From Schmidtea nova (taxonomy: Eukaryota), in NCBI GenBank assembly GCA_044892505.1, contig CM097882.1, positions 335,296,001 through 335,342,821 on the forward strand: 46,821 bases of DNA. The letters run 5' to 3'. The notes under the pieces are model-generated. The model was given only the letters and a program-made list of their open reading frames with translations. It was not told the origin of the DNA and searched no databases. The translations under genes and the position numbers were made by a program. Below, in pieces: positions 11,990 through 24,999 of the stretch. The first letter of the stretch is position 1; every line of letters starts with the position of its first letter.

Positions 11990-14900
11990 GAATCCTAACA
12001 TAGCGACTACGCCAATGCTGCAGTTTATTAGACTCCCAGAAACATTCGAAATCAGCGATAACATAAAAAAAATTATCGAAGAAGCAGTTAAATCTTTTGA
12101 ACTTACTCAGACAGCTGAGGAACACAGGAGTTTTTATTAAAGCGTTTTTATCAATGAAAACGCGAAAGTTCGATGAAATGTATCTTGAAATTCATTACAA
12201 GATAAGAATCCACAATGCTTTTATAATCCACAATTGCTTCAACACAGCATGAAAAGAAAAATTATGCTAAGGCAGTGATGTTGAATGAAGGAGAAATATG
12301 GAACCAAAGAAAACCATATCATTGTCAAAAGAATGAAAGAATCGAACAAAGACGAACTGTTGGACGACTGGAAGCAAATGTTCAATGATCTGGAAATCGA
12401 AATGAGTAGGGAAAAACTAGATATCAAGGACAATTTCGAGAAGAACAGTGGCCCTCGAGACCTTTTAATGGATCGATTAGGAGAAATGTTTATCCAAACC
12501 AAGATTATCGCATGCGAAGATGCTGGGCTTGTAGAGAAGAAGGTCATCTAAGATCAGAATGCCCAAATGTCAAATAGCAACCATTGCCAAAAGAATAAAC
12601 ATTTCAAACACCAGTGTTATGAAGCTAGTCCACAAAGAAAGTTCCAGAGTTCTTAGTACATGACTGCTTTCGAGACAAGTGTGAACGATCGGTGGAAGGA
12701 GATGACCCAAACGATTTTGCAAAGACATCTGGAGAAGTGATCGGAGCCATAAGTTGAATGTAAGTGATATTTCGAACAATGTTTGTATGGATTTGAATGA
12801 TTGTAAATGTATGTATGATTTGAATACGAATGAATGTAATTTGAATATTGATGTATTTTGATAACAGTTTGAATGAACTTAATAATTATAATAATTATGA
12901 TTTATATAATTTAAATGAAAATAAATTAATTTTTAAGCCATATCGCCCTAGTAACGTTAAAAGGACTAATATTTACAATATAAAAGTGAAAAATCCTAAA
13001 GAATTTATTATTAATTATAACCATATGGGAGGAAAACCTAGTGTTTAAATTGAAATAAACAAAGAAAAAGCAATATGTATGCTTGATACAGGGGCAAAGA
13101 TAAGTGTTTTAGAAAACAAGATTTATAAAAGATTTGAAAACGTAACATAGGAGAAATGTAATATTGAAGTGAAATGTGCAAATGTCAATGGAATAATTGT
13201 AATGGGAAAGATAAATATAACTTTAACTGTAGGGACTATTTCAAAACCAAAAGAATTTGATGTTACTCGAGGAGTTTTTCCAAAAATAATTGGGGGTATA
13301 AATTTTGTAATGGAATTTAATATATATTTACAAAGAACAAATAGTGAGAAATATGAGATAGGTTATATTGAAAAAAGAAAGAGGATTTCAAAAAAATGGA
13401 AAGAGAAGACAAAGAAATCGAGAAATTGATTGAAGAATATGAAACGATATTTATGAAACATAAATGAGACATTGGTAAAACAGAAATAGTACAACATTAG
13501 ATAAATACGACAGGACCTCCAATTGTTATTAATCCAAGACGTCAACCAGTACACCTATTTTCGAAAGTAGAAGAAAATATTAAAGAGGTGGAAGAGAATG
13601 GTATTATAAAGAAATGTGAATCTACTTGGAATTCGCCAATGGTATGCATTAATAAGAAAGAGAAAGATGAGATAAGGATTTGCTTAGATTTTCGAGCATT
13701 AAATTTAGTAGCAGGGCGACATATTTTCCTATACCAAATACAGAAGAAAAGATGGACGCCCTTAATGGATGGAGATTTTTCACAACACTGGATTTACGCA
13801 GTTCATATTATCAAGTGGAGTTAACTGAAGATTCAAAAAATAAAACGGCATTTTCTACAAAGAATGAGCAATGCTGCTTCAATCGTATGCATTTGGAATA
13901 GCGGCGGCTCCTGCTACTTTCCAGAAATTTATGAGCAAAGTACTTGGATTACTAAATTGGAAAGAATCTGTAGTGTATCTTGATGACATCCTAATATTTT
14001 CAAATACTAAAGAGAAACACATGAAAAGCGTAAAAATGTTCTAGACAGAATTAAAACAGCTGGATTAAAGTTGAATCGAGAGAAATGTCAATTTCTGAAA
14101 TGTGAATATAAGTTTTTAGGTCATATCATAAATAAATATGGTATAAGAACGGATGATCGTAAAATTGATGCAATAAAACAGTTCCAAAGACTAAAATGTA
14201 TAAAGAGGTTGAGGAGTATTTTGAGACTAACGAATTATTATCGAAGATTCATTGAAAATTAAACATATTATTCTAAGAATTTGGAGAAACTATGTTGGAG
14301 TAATAAAAAAATTAATATGGACAGATGAATGTGAAATAGCGTTTCAAGGTATGAAAGAACAATTAATGAGAACTCCAATACTGGCTTTCACTGATTTTAA
14401 AAAAAGAATTTATATTAGATACTGATGCAAGCTTTGATAGAATAGGAGCGGTGTTATCACAATTAGATTAAAATAGAAATGAAAGAGTGATTTCGTATGG
14501 ATCGTGTGCGATGAGTACACACGAATTAGGGTATTGCATCACTAGAAAAGAATTACTTGCAATTTATTATTTTACGTTACATTTTAAACATTATTTATAT
14601 GGGAAGCGATTTAGACTCCGAACGGATCACAAGGCAATAACATTTATGTAGGGTTGTTAAACGAGCAACGGTTAACCGGTTTCCGGTTTTCGTACTTACG
14701 AACCGGAAACCGTTTCCCCAAATATTCGGATGTTATATTTAGTTTTTTTTTCAAAAAAATAATTATTCATTATTCATTAGTATAAAAACAGTTAATAATT
14801 ATAAACAATATTTAATATATTATGAAATTTATATCAACGTTCCCTCTAAGCGCAAAATTTTCTTTGCGGGCAAGATTTTTGAAATGCAAGAATGTGTCTG

Positions 14901-16060
14901 AGTGGGAGAGCGCATATAAAATCTTGTATTTCAAAAATCTTGCTCACAAATCACTTAGGAAAAATAATTTATGTGACTTCACAAAAGTCGTAAGTTATGA
15001 AAACTTATAACTAACATCAATTCAATTTTATATGGCATTTTAGTTTTTCAATTTTTATAAGATTAATGAAACAAGTAGTTTTAAAAAACTTTGTTTATTT
15101 TTATTTCGGATTTTTCGCAATGTTATTTTCTGAGTAATATAAGTACATTTATTTCTAGCGCACCACACTACCCCAGCGAGTACTGCGCACAGCCTAGAAG
15201 GAACATTGATTATAATGTCATATAATAATTATGAATATGATATTATTTAAAAGTTAAAATTAAAAGTTCAAAGCCACATATCGACAATATCAGCCAATAT
15301 CCAAATTCGCAATTGTTTCATTGATGCGGTGATTGCTTTCGTGGTAAAACTAGTAATGTAATTAAACGGATACTTCTTTCAAGCAAGGCCTACACGAAAG
15401 AGTCACATTTCGATTGGATATTTATTCTTGGGTCCCGCAATTAAGCGGTTTGGGAGTCCGATGGAAATCCGCCAGAAACCGATTCTCGGATCAAAAGTCT
15501 AGTCTGCTATGCAGTATGCCCCAGAGCATAGTCAAACCGATGACCGGTTTCAAACCGGTTTTTCAGAAACGGTTACCGGTTTCGTTAAAATTCGGTTTTA
15601 ACAACCCTACATTTATGCTTAAAACCAAGAAACATTTTACACCACAGTTTCAGACATGGATTAACCATCTTAGTAGTTTGGATATGGAATTAGAGTACAG
15701 GAAAGGTGAATTGCATGTAAATGCTGATGTTTTATCACGAAACAAATGTGGCACATACATACAGTGACAAACAATACACGAAGAACCAAAGAAAGGTAGG
15801 TTGAAGACAAGAATCCTAGCAATGATGCTAGGAGATGATGGTTCCATGTTGCAAAAGGATTATATAGAGGATGCTGATATAAGAGAAAAAATACTGAAAG
15901 GAGCAGAAATCAAAGTTAAAAATATTAATAATGTTATAGCAACAAACAAAAAGGAAATATGGACATCAAAGGAAAAGATAAGTCAATTCGTAGAACATAC
16001 TCATCAAACGTTATGCCATGCAGGAGCGAAGAAAGTACAAGATTATATTTCACAAATCGT
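11990..16060 (+). mobile_element. Decayed Ty3/Gypsy gag-pol remnant (Gypsy-1), integrase truncated
   Basis: gag-like region with a degenerate CCHC knuckle (~12590); protease LDTGAKISV (~13085); RT WNSPMVC, CLDFRALN and VYLDDILIF; RNase H DTDAS, ELLAI, TDHKA and NADVLSR; integrase H2C2 start (HQTLCHAG). Many stops and frameshifts. No matching LTR pair found. Confidence 0.9.
14649..15609. mobile_element. Non-autonomous hAT element (961 bp) inserted in Gypsy-1 RNase H
   Basis: TIRs tagggttgttaa / ttaacaacccta. Perfect 8-bp TSD catttatg (14641-14648, 15610-15617). Subterminal aaccgg/ccggtt repeats and an internal ~25-bp hairpin at 14866-14947. Removing it restores TDHKAITFM-LKTKK. Confidence 0.95.
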
Positions 16061-16199
16061 AATTTTATTTTTAATAACTCTATTTGTTTGGATTTGCATA
16101 AAAATGTGGATTATTCGCATCGAAGAAATGATTTTAGGTGAACTTCACAGATGAGTGCTTAGTGGGTAATATTGGCAAATTATTAGGTTTCTTGTTTCT

Positions 16200-16640
16200 C
16201 TTAAGTAGGAAACGGTACAAGAACTTTCCTACCCATGGACAGACCTATAAGTTCATGTCTTCAATGTTCTATTTGGATCGATTGTACATTTTCTGTTGGA
16301 CTTAATTAAATTCGTCTGCGTTACTGGTGTTCGATATTAAATGACTCCCATGATAAATTATTTTGGTACCAGAACTTCTGTCGATTTCGCTGTCAAATTT
16401 CATTCAACAAATACTATGCCTATCCAATACTTTGATCATCATCCGTATCTTCTGAACTAAAATAGGTATAGTTGTTGTTATCATTTTCAAACATGTCTTC
16501 GTATTCTTGTAGGTCTATTGAATTGAGATCATCCTGGTCATCTTCAATTTGTTCTTCAGGGATATATTGAATCTCTTATTTAGTTGGCTTATGCTTAGAC
16601 ATTTCTCTTTGAAGTGTGAAGTTTTTGGTTTTTTTATTTA
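16200..16640 (-). pseudogene. Decayed acidic ORF of unknown type
   Basis: Minus frame EIQYIPEEQIEDDQDDLNSIDLQEYEDMFENDNNNYTYFSSEDTDDDQ, interrupted by stops. Confidence 0.3.
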
Positions 16641-16689
16641 TTAATATATTTATTTATTTGGAGTAATTTAATTAGGCACAACAAGAACA

Positions 16690-16880
16690 ATGGATAAACA
16701 TCCTGTTTCAAAATGATCCCGACATAGAACGCAGCGTTAAAGTTTCTCAATGAATTAACTCAACCATTAGCTGTCATAAAGAATTTAAAAAAGAAACAGA
16801 AAGAAAGGTAAAACAGACTACTTTGGACAATTTTTTTAAAGCAGATCAATCCACATCAGTGGAAAGTGATGACGACACTA
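16690..16880 (+). pseudogene. pogo/Tigger transposase C-terminal remnant
   Basis: NDPDIERSVKVSQ*INSTISCHKE..KVKQTTLDNFF resembles the Tigger/TIGD C-terminus. Confidence 0.6.
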
Positions 16881-16908
16881 ACAGTTTAAAAATTTAAGTT
16901 ATTATTAT

Positions 16909-16912
<4 letters not shown>

Positions 16913-16951
<39 letters not shown>
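16913..16951. repeat. (AT)n microsatellite
   Basis: Direct reading. Confidence 0.95.
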
Positions 16952-16954
<3 letters not shown>

Positions 16955-18574
16955 TCGCATGTATTTTATTGTACCTATATGCAAGAAATGTTTAATGAAA
17001 TACATATAAAGAAATAAATTTATTTTAAACTAAAAACTACGTTATGTAATAAATAATGGAGACTAAACCTTGAATATTTGTGAATCATATTAAGCAAGAA
17101 TAACGAATTCAATCAATAAAGGTTTATGGGTAAGACATCATTTTCAATGATTCGATGTTCGATCAATGTTACATATTTGTGAATAAAATGTGATTTTTAA
17201 GTACAATGTTAAAAATTTAAATAAACGTATGTATAAAAATAAGAATACCATTATTTTTAAAAACCTTACTCTTGGCAAGGCAACTGTCTTTATTCATCAG
17301 CGAATAAAATGAGGTGTAGAGGATAGATAAGCGTTGCCCCTATGGAGACTTGGACCACGTAATTAGCATAAAACTCTTCAACGGAAATCCAATTAGGCTA
17401 CCTGGTTGATACTAACTCATGCTAATCGCGTAGCCAGAACCAACTTAGGAAGGTTAGGGAAAAAAATTAATATTGTTGATAATAATAATCTAAATTAGTA
17501 TTGTGAACTAATTAATTTTAGACTTCATGGTGAAAATGGTGACGTATGAGAAAGCTCATAAAAATGAATATAATAAAATCAATATGTATAATAATTGAGA
17601 TGTTTAAAAATACTCTAAAGATTTTTATAAAATTATTTTAATAAAAAAAGTATTTTGCAAAGAAAACATCTCATTTAAAATAAAAATGATTATCAGTAAA
17701 GATTTTAATAATTAGAATATTTAAAATCAAATTTAAAATGTACTATAAAAAGTCTTATTAAAGTTTATATTAAATATATAGGTTTATTAAAATATAGCTG
17801 AAATTAATTAAAAATCGTATGTCGAATGTATGTATGAATGTTCTGTATGAATGTTCTGTATGAAAATTCTGTCAAGAAAAATACATATTTATTTGAATCT
17901 CCTAACGTTGTTTATATAATTGTTGTAAAAAATACAGTTTCGAAATTTTGTTAATTTAATTAATTATTTAATGATTGACGCAATTAATACCCGAAGTTCG
18001 GGAAAAGAAGATACTAACAATAATTATTATAAAATAAAATAGAACAAAATTCCCAATATAGGGTATCGGGAGCATGATCCGATAACAAATACTTACTAAA
18101 AAATCATCGTCCTTACATTTTAAATGTTCGAATTGCATCAGTCCGATTCCGAATGTATCAAATTGAATCATTGATATTCTGGTGGATACATGAAAAGCGA
18201 GCGAAGAAAGTGTTTCCGGAAGGAATATAAATGTACTCTAAATTTTTCATCCTCCAAAAATCGATTTGTAAGTCAAAAATAAAGTGGTGTTTTCAACAAA
18301 AAAATTTAGGAAGTGAATCTCAACTGTTTATAGTTTTAGGTAGTAAAAACTAATGATTTCAGTTTTGATCAACGGCGGCTTACATATCAATTCCCGTTGT
18401 TTCTCTTTATTTACGCATTGAAACAAATTTCTTAGATCGAATATTTCGTTTTTTTTCAAAATTAAATTTATTTTACCATGATATTTTTATTATAAATCAA
18501 AGTTTTTGCTTATTTAAAAAAATTAACAAAATTTTAATTAATATCATTTTTCTTTGGAATTTTATTAAAATTTT

Positions 18575-19450
18575 TATTGGTGGGTTGTTGACCGTCAATA
18601 TGACCTTGACGTTGCTATGGTTCATATCAACAACTCAACATACAAAACATTAGATTAACCATTTTGTTGCCCGTCACAATGTAACGTTGGTAATTCAACA
18701 AATGGGTGGGTATTCGTTATCAGTGAGCGTCGAACATTCGAAACTATGATTGACCGAATATCTCCTGGGTACAAGGGCTACCGATAGAAGATTTAATGCC
18801 TATTTTCTCCTTTCTTCAAAAATCGATCTATAAGCATTCAATAATGTTTTAATTGGAATTTCAAAATAAATAATCTACATCAATATAAGATTATTATTGC
18901 ATCAAAATAACCCATTTTTCAACATCAAAACATCAATAATTCACGCAATGATCCATTTCAGGTACACATAACATAACAATAAACAGAATAAAATCAACAA
19001 AATCATTCGCTCAAAGAATAAAAAAAGTCCTTCGAGTTTTCGAGATGTTTTCGTACCTTACTGTCACCAAATTCTCGATTTTTCCGATCAAAATCTAAAA
19101 CATAATAAAATCAATGATTCCAATCAGCTGTTACACTTTACATTGAAAAAAACAAGCATATTCGCTTTTTAGGTTATTCCCAAGCTCATACTCAAACATA
19201 TCATCGCAACTCAATTCGGGATCAAATATTTCTTCAAAATTACACATCTTCGGGGTATACGATCGGGTTATTTTGGCCCAAAATACTATTATTTTCGTAA
19301 TTTTTCAAATTTTTGTGTTTTAAATATTTAAAATTTAAGTAATCTTTATTTATATCTATCTTGATTTGTTAAAATTATCTATAATTTATTAAAAATTTAG
19401 TATTATATTTTTTAACATATTGACGAGGCCCTAACAACGGGTAACGGTTG
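18575..19450 (-). mobile_element. LTR-like unit F' (inverted relative of unit F); structured element at 18664-18791
   Basis: The reverse complement aligns along 26778-27456. The coding remnant ELSCDDMFEYEL resembles the acidic ORF-Y tail. Confidence 0.75.
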
Positions 19451-19799
19451 TGAAAAACAACAAAAAAATTAAAAGTTATAGTCATCAAATTTAAAGTCAT
19501 TGAACCATCTAATTTTTATTTTATAAAATAAAAAAAATTTCTGTACATTAAATTATACTTGGTGACCCCTTAGTTTTAAAAATTAATATCTAAGATACTA
19601 TGTGTACATTTTCATGACTATTTGTTTGAAATGATCAATTTTAGGATTCACATATGACGACCTTGCTTCGCACAACCGGATTGGTTATTTTCTTACCTTA
19701 TGTGTTGTGATAATGTATGTTTATGGATTTTTGCTTTTTATTTCGTCTAAAGTTAGATTTTTCTTTGGGGATTCCCATTAATTCAGTTGGTAGGTTTAT

Positions 19800-20100
19800 T
19801 AATTTAGTATTATGCTCCTGTCATTCTTCATGTTTAGCTAATCCACTGCACCATCAGCCATAATATCAAGGCTGAAGAAATTTCCTTCTAAATTCAGTAG
19901 TGGTATTGTGGTCATCCATTGGCGTCAATTCACTAGCAACAAAAAAATTTTCCTGATCGACATTTTGCTTTTCAATTTTCCTTTCGCAAAATATGGAATT
20001 ATCATTTCTTATGATCTCGTCTGAAAGAATCTATCGAGCAGGAATCCTCCATCCCAGCTTAATGCTTTTCCGAATGCTATATTAGACAGGAAATTCACTT
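19800..20100 (-). pseudogene. Decayed unknown ORF
   Basis: A single minus frame with few stops: NFLSNIAFGKALSWDGGFLLDRFFQTRS*EMIIPYFAKGKL..IPLLNLEGNFFSLDIMADGAVD. Confidence 0.3.
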
Positions 20101-21311
20101 ATTCGTCTTGAAATCATCACATCAGGGTCTTTGGAATTTTGCGAAATTTGTGTTAATAAAGATGGTAATAAATTTGAGTCGCTTTTTATTTAATTTTTTT
20201 ATGATGGTAAATTGTAATAAAACTTTTTATGAAATTCTTCTCTCAATTTAGTAAAGTTTTCATGCCGGATTTTTATTATGAGGCGAAATTAAAATTACTC
20301 AAACTTCATTAATTTAAATTTTTTATGTTATTTCGGATATCGAATTGGGTTACCGATTTCGATATTTAGGTGCATATTTCCATACTGGTGTTATAGTAAA
20401 ATATTATATTAAGATATTATAGTAAAATATTATATTCTCGTAACATAATAAATGATGCTATACGGGTACTACTAATAGCTTGAGAGCAAGGTGATAAGTT
20501 TATAGTGAACTACTAATGTAACAATAAGTGCAATAAGTTAAGGTTTCCATAAGATGATATAGTTGACCAGTAACATTATTAAAAGTCATAGGAGATATTT
20601 TTGCATATAAGGTTAAATTACTATTACTATAGGATGTTGTGATTCGTAGTTGTTTGTGACTGTATGTTGAATAGATTGTTGGGTGAAATAGGTAATTCAA
20701 TGATGGATGTGAATGCTTGTGCAAATTATGGATGTATGATTCTTAGATTCAGAATTTTTATACCTTTAAAATTAAATTCAGTTTTTCACATTATAGTGCA
20801 TTCAACAATAGGTTTTGGGGAATTTTTCGAATTTTTCGAACATTGAACTATACAATTATTGCTTTGCATGAAAAATGAATACATCTGGTGAGTTGCCTGA
20901 TCAATCGAATGGCTGGTGGAACTGCACCGTTTGGAGTACATCATCCTCGATTACTCTAGGAACATTCATACGGGAGAACAAATCGGATACCCAAACATAT
21001 CATGGAAGTTCCCGGATGCATGGCGGTCCCGATCCCAATGGTCATTAGGCATCAGATGACAGGATATCTTCCTGCACCAGGGATTTTTATGTTGGAGACC
21101 CAATTTGGCTTTTTACCAGACCAATGGAGTCCGACGGGATGATAGCGAATACTCCCAGGACTGGATTACCGAGTCTCAATAACCAAGCGTCCAAATGTAC
21201 AGTGTCACGAACTATCATGTGTTGTCATTTGTATTTACCTTTATTATAATTTAGTTTGAGTTAAAATTCTTTTTGCATGTTTGTTGGTTGTGATTAACAT
21301 GACTGAATGAG

Positions 21312-21938
21312 ATGCAGGTAACCCAAATGACTGAAGGGCAGAGGGGTGACTGTTGAATGACACAAATTTCTAACACTGATAGTAATATCACGAGTACCTG
21401 TCATTGTAGATAGACGAAATCAGCAAGCATGTCGATACCGATAGCCGTAGACAATTACAGAGACGCATTCGATTACTCGAAGGGGCGATAAACAGGCAGG
21501 CCGCCGAAATCGACGAAATCAGGAGGAGTTGGTTTAGTCCAGCAGTAGTAATGGAGATGACGAAGGGCAAAGATAGAATACATCGAGCACTCGACGAACA
21601 GTCCATGGAATTAGCTGTCACGAAGGTGGAATTAAATCGATGTTTGAAGACGGTCTCGGGTGACTTCATCAAGAGGCTGGGTTCCAACTCGAAGCACGAC
21701 GACGGGGACACAGACTGAGGATATACCATCGTTAGTAGAGACAGAGGGGGTCAAAACATCTTCCCCGATTGAAGTAACAGCGGTACTTTCCAAAACTATG
21801 AGAAACCGGTTAGGCGCAATGAGACGACGCAAGAGCAGGGCATTCGCCGAGAGGATGGGTATTGAGGTGGACTTATTAAGCGGCTTGGCGGAGAAGCAGT
21901 TGATCAATGTAATCAACACAAGCGTATTTTTAGGATAA
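21312..21938 (+). pseudogene. ORF-Y copy C, probably spliced, with one frameshift/deletion near 21680
   Basis: ATGCAG|gtaacc (21318)..ctaac..cattgtag|(21410) IDEISK..QLQRRIRLLE..SWFSPAVV..MELAVTKVELNRCLKTVSGDFIK, then GWVP..GTQTE..RRRKSR..EVDLLSGL*. AATAAA at 21938-21943. Confidence 0.65.
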
Positions 21939-22065
21939 ATAAATGTATTGATTTAGTTATGGTGGTTTTGATTTTCGTTGCTTCATCGTGGTTTGCATGA
22001 ATGGAAGTATGATGAATGCTTTAACTACTTAAATATCTATAAATGGAACCTAATGTAACTACTAA

Positions 22066-22210
22066 GACCTTCTATCGGTCAGAACGAACCCGTGGCATTG
22101 ATAGGGGAATAGTAACTACCTAAGTTGCTAACCTGCCCTATTGGTCTACACCGCTCAGTACATTACCAACATGAGGCGCAATTAGGGGCAAAACATGGGT
22201 ACTAGAGTGG
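22066..22210 (+). ncRNA. Structured element, copy C
   Basis: GACCTTCTATCGGTC..GAACCC; ATAGGG-GAA-TAGTAACT/AGTTGCTA-ACCTG-CCCTAT; AGTAC-ATTA-CC-AAC-ATG..CAT-GG-GTACT. Confidence 0.65.
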
Positions 22211-22290
22211 GTAATATTTTAGGTTGGCCAGGTGACCTTATCATTTCATCCAAGAACACCCGTGTTGAACATCAACAAGCACAACCAACA

Positions 22291-22396
22291 CATTATTCAA
22301 TATCAAGGTACAATACAGACAGCTGAGTTCTTGAAGACCGGACGGTTTGTGTTCAATCCTGCATCAGATTCAACAGTACGAACCGGATTCTGCTGA
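22291..22396 (+). pseudogene. ORF-X C-terminal fragment
   Basis: IIQYQGTIQTAEFLKTGRFVFNPA. Downstream aagagtccgtgtggaatc (~22597) matches the X-Y spacer aagagtcgtgtaggaatc (~10171). Confidence 0.6.
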
Positions 22397-23402
22397 TATA
22401 AACGATGGATTTTTATTCATATATCTTAACTATTTATCTATCTTATAATTTACAGTTTAGTTCATTCCAATGGTTTTTCTTCATTTCATTTTTATTGTTC
22501 ATTAAAATTAATATTGGTTGGTTGTTTACCATACATATGAGGCCGTCGAGGAGTAGATCAGAGTCAAATGAAAGATGGGGTCTAGGTAACTTTTATAAAG
22601 AGTCCGTGTGGAATCGCGATATCTTAATATCGTGAAGTGGCGATTCGAATGAGTAACAATACATTACTGAACTAGATTTTTGGGAACGAACCAAAATTTT
22701 CGAAAATGCGAATTATTTACACCAGGCCTGCCCTACTAATGACTTTTTTGTGTTGTGTCGTGACCCAAGCCAAGCCGTAAATGAAATAGAATAAAAATTT
22801 TAATCAAATTTGCATGCACAACCCACAGTATGATCTTATTGGTGATATTCATACTCAGGGGCACCAGAAGAAAAACCGGAGGAGGGGGCTTTTTATCTCG
22901 AAATCCAATTATTTCTAATTGTTCTTCAAAACTTGATGATGAAAATGGCTTTTTAATAAAATAAATTCTTACTAAATGAATTTAACTTCCCCACGTACAA
23001 CTCAAATATTAGCTTACGGAATCATCCTGCTTGTCGAGAGTAAAAATGAACGGATATTTCAGCCATTGTTGCTGTCCCATCAAATGTGAAGAGTGAAATA
23101 CGAAGCTGGAGTAAAGGACTGACTATTGGACTACCAATACATTACAAGGATCAGTTGTTGATTACACATTTAAGAACTCTTAAAAAACTGCCAAATATCA
23201 ATATCATACGGTTATAATTAAGTGAAACATACGTTGTAGCTCCAATATTTCACACAAAAGTCTAGAGACCATCTCTACCAATGACATGACACTATGAAAG
23301 TGAATCAAAAAACAATGCAAATTGATGCGATATGGCATATGGACATCAACATAATTCAGTGTATGCTCGGGTGCCTCAAAGTTAGATAAAGGAACGAAAC
23401 AT

Positions 23403-23902
23403 TTATAACATAACCAATAATCTATTTAACAAATCAACAATTTCCGCCGCCAAACAATTTCCCTTGCAGCTGCTGACGCATTCTAGCCATGGCTCGATAG
23501 TCTCGTAAGGATTGACGAGAAAATCCAGAAACAAACTGCTCGATTTGGCTGGAAACTTCCTGGAAATACCGAAATTAAACTCGCTTAGCAACAATTAACA
23601 TAAACCTCAAAAGCTTCGACATCTTCATCGGTAATGGCACGCCTAAATGCGGTTTCTAGTTGATCACGTACAGAGATCGAATTGAAATATTTAGCGTGGA
23701 GAATTCTGTAGCGTTCCAGCAACTGATCGGATTGCTCAATCGATTTAGAGCTAGGTCTTGCTGATCTAGCATTTGTGATTTTTTTTACTCCAGGAACAAT
23801 TGAAGTTTTTCGGACCTTGCTAATTTTTGTAGGTGCTCTTTTGGAATCTATGATTACCTCGTGCTTTCTAGACTGTCTATTGTGTTGCTGGCGAGTAATC
23901 AA
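23403..23902 (-). pseudogene. Possible distant ORF-Y relative, frameshifted
   Basis: LERYRILHAKYFNSISVRDQL..SRKF..FLVNPYETIEPW is roughly in register with RRIMDIESSYFSP..TEKF..LIRPITLEKW. Weak similarity, and no structured element was found downstream. Confidence 0.3.
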
Positions 23903-24999
23903 ATTATTACTGGATCTAAATTAATGATTCACAACTCAATATTTATCCTTCTATTGATTTATGATTGGATGTTAATATTTCGCGTCATAAAGTTACAAAC
24001 TATTAAGGCGTTTATTTAGTTACGTGATGTTATATTTCTGCTACAAAAATGTGGCAAAATTTTAATTTAATTTTCTTTTTCCAATCGCCGTACTGCCACT
24101 CCGTGAAAGATGGTAATGCAGACAATACGCAAATTTATAAGCAAATATAATTAGAAAAGTATAACACGATTAAATTAAATAATATTAATAATGCACTCAA
24201 AATTAAAAGAATAAACAAAGCAATACTATTTTTTTACATTGTGTTTGACTTCACCTTTTCCCTCCTAAATAACATCAACATTATTCATTAAACTATTTGA
24301 TCGGTTTTACTTTTTCAATTTGAGATTTTCTTCTTTGATTATGTCAAATTTAGCAATTTCAAAACTTTCATGATTGCCATGGATTTTTAAGCATTTAAAA
24401 ATTGGCTTCGAGTTTTGTATATTAATTCTAATTCAGAAATAAAATTCATGAAACTTAGTCACAATCTAACTTATTGTCATCACCAATACTGCATATAGAG
24501 TGAGAATTTTCATTTAAATTAGCAACATTAAAATGAAATGAATTATTTTCATTTCCATTTATAATAAATTTCTTTATTAATTAAATATTAAATTATATAT
24601 TATATATCAAAATTATACTCCATTATTGTTTTCACAAATAATTTCTAGTTCATCAACCTAAAAGAATTAAAATTGACACAAATTTCATAATATTACTTTA
24701 TCACTAATATTAATTAAAAAACTCTTTGTACATTTTATTAAATAAAAATCAGTCATTTAAATATGAACGGAATTTAAATTAAAAAAACAAAGTAAACTTT
24801 ATTCAACTTTTAATCTTTCTATAATTTATATCTTTCATTTTTTCATTTTTTTCATCTTTGATTTCTTTGTTCTAATTAGAAATTTTTTATTTATTTTATA
24901 AAAAAGACTAAGTATCAATTTCCTATTAAAGAACAAAATCTTTTGGCAATTTTTTTCTAGAGTGTATTTCGTTTTTAAAGGGCTTGCCGAAAACTAGTA

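Larger units (their letters stand above)
21282..22290 (+). mobile_element. LTR-like unit C (1009 bp), solo-LTR-like
   Basis: Perfect 11-bp terminal inverted repeat TGTTGGTTGTG..CACAACCAACA (TG..CA). Contains ORF-Y, AATAAA and the structured element. Flanks catgtt/cattat give only a weak TSD. Confidence 0.7.

Noticed and set aside
10194-22290. Units B and C as the 5' and 3' LTRs of Gypsy-1
   Set aside because: They are far more diverged from each other than paired LTRs of a still-recognisable pol should be, and no canonical PBS follows B.
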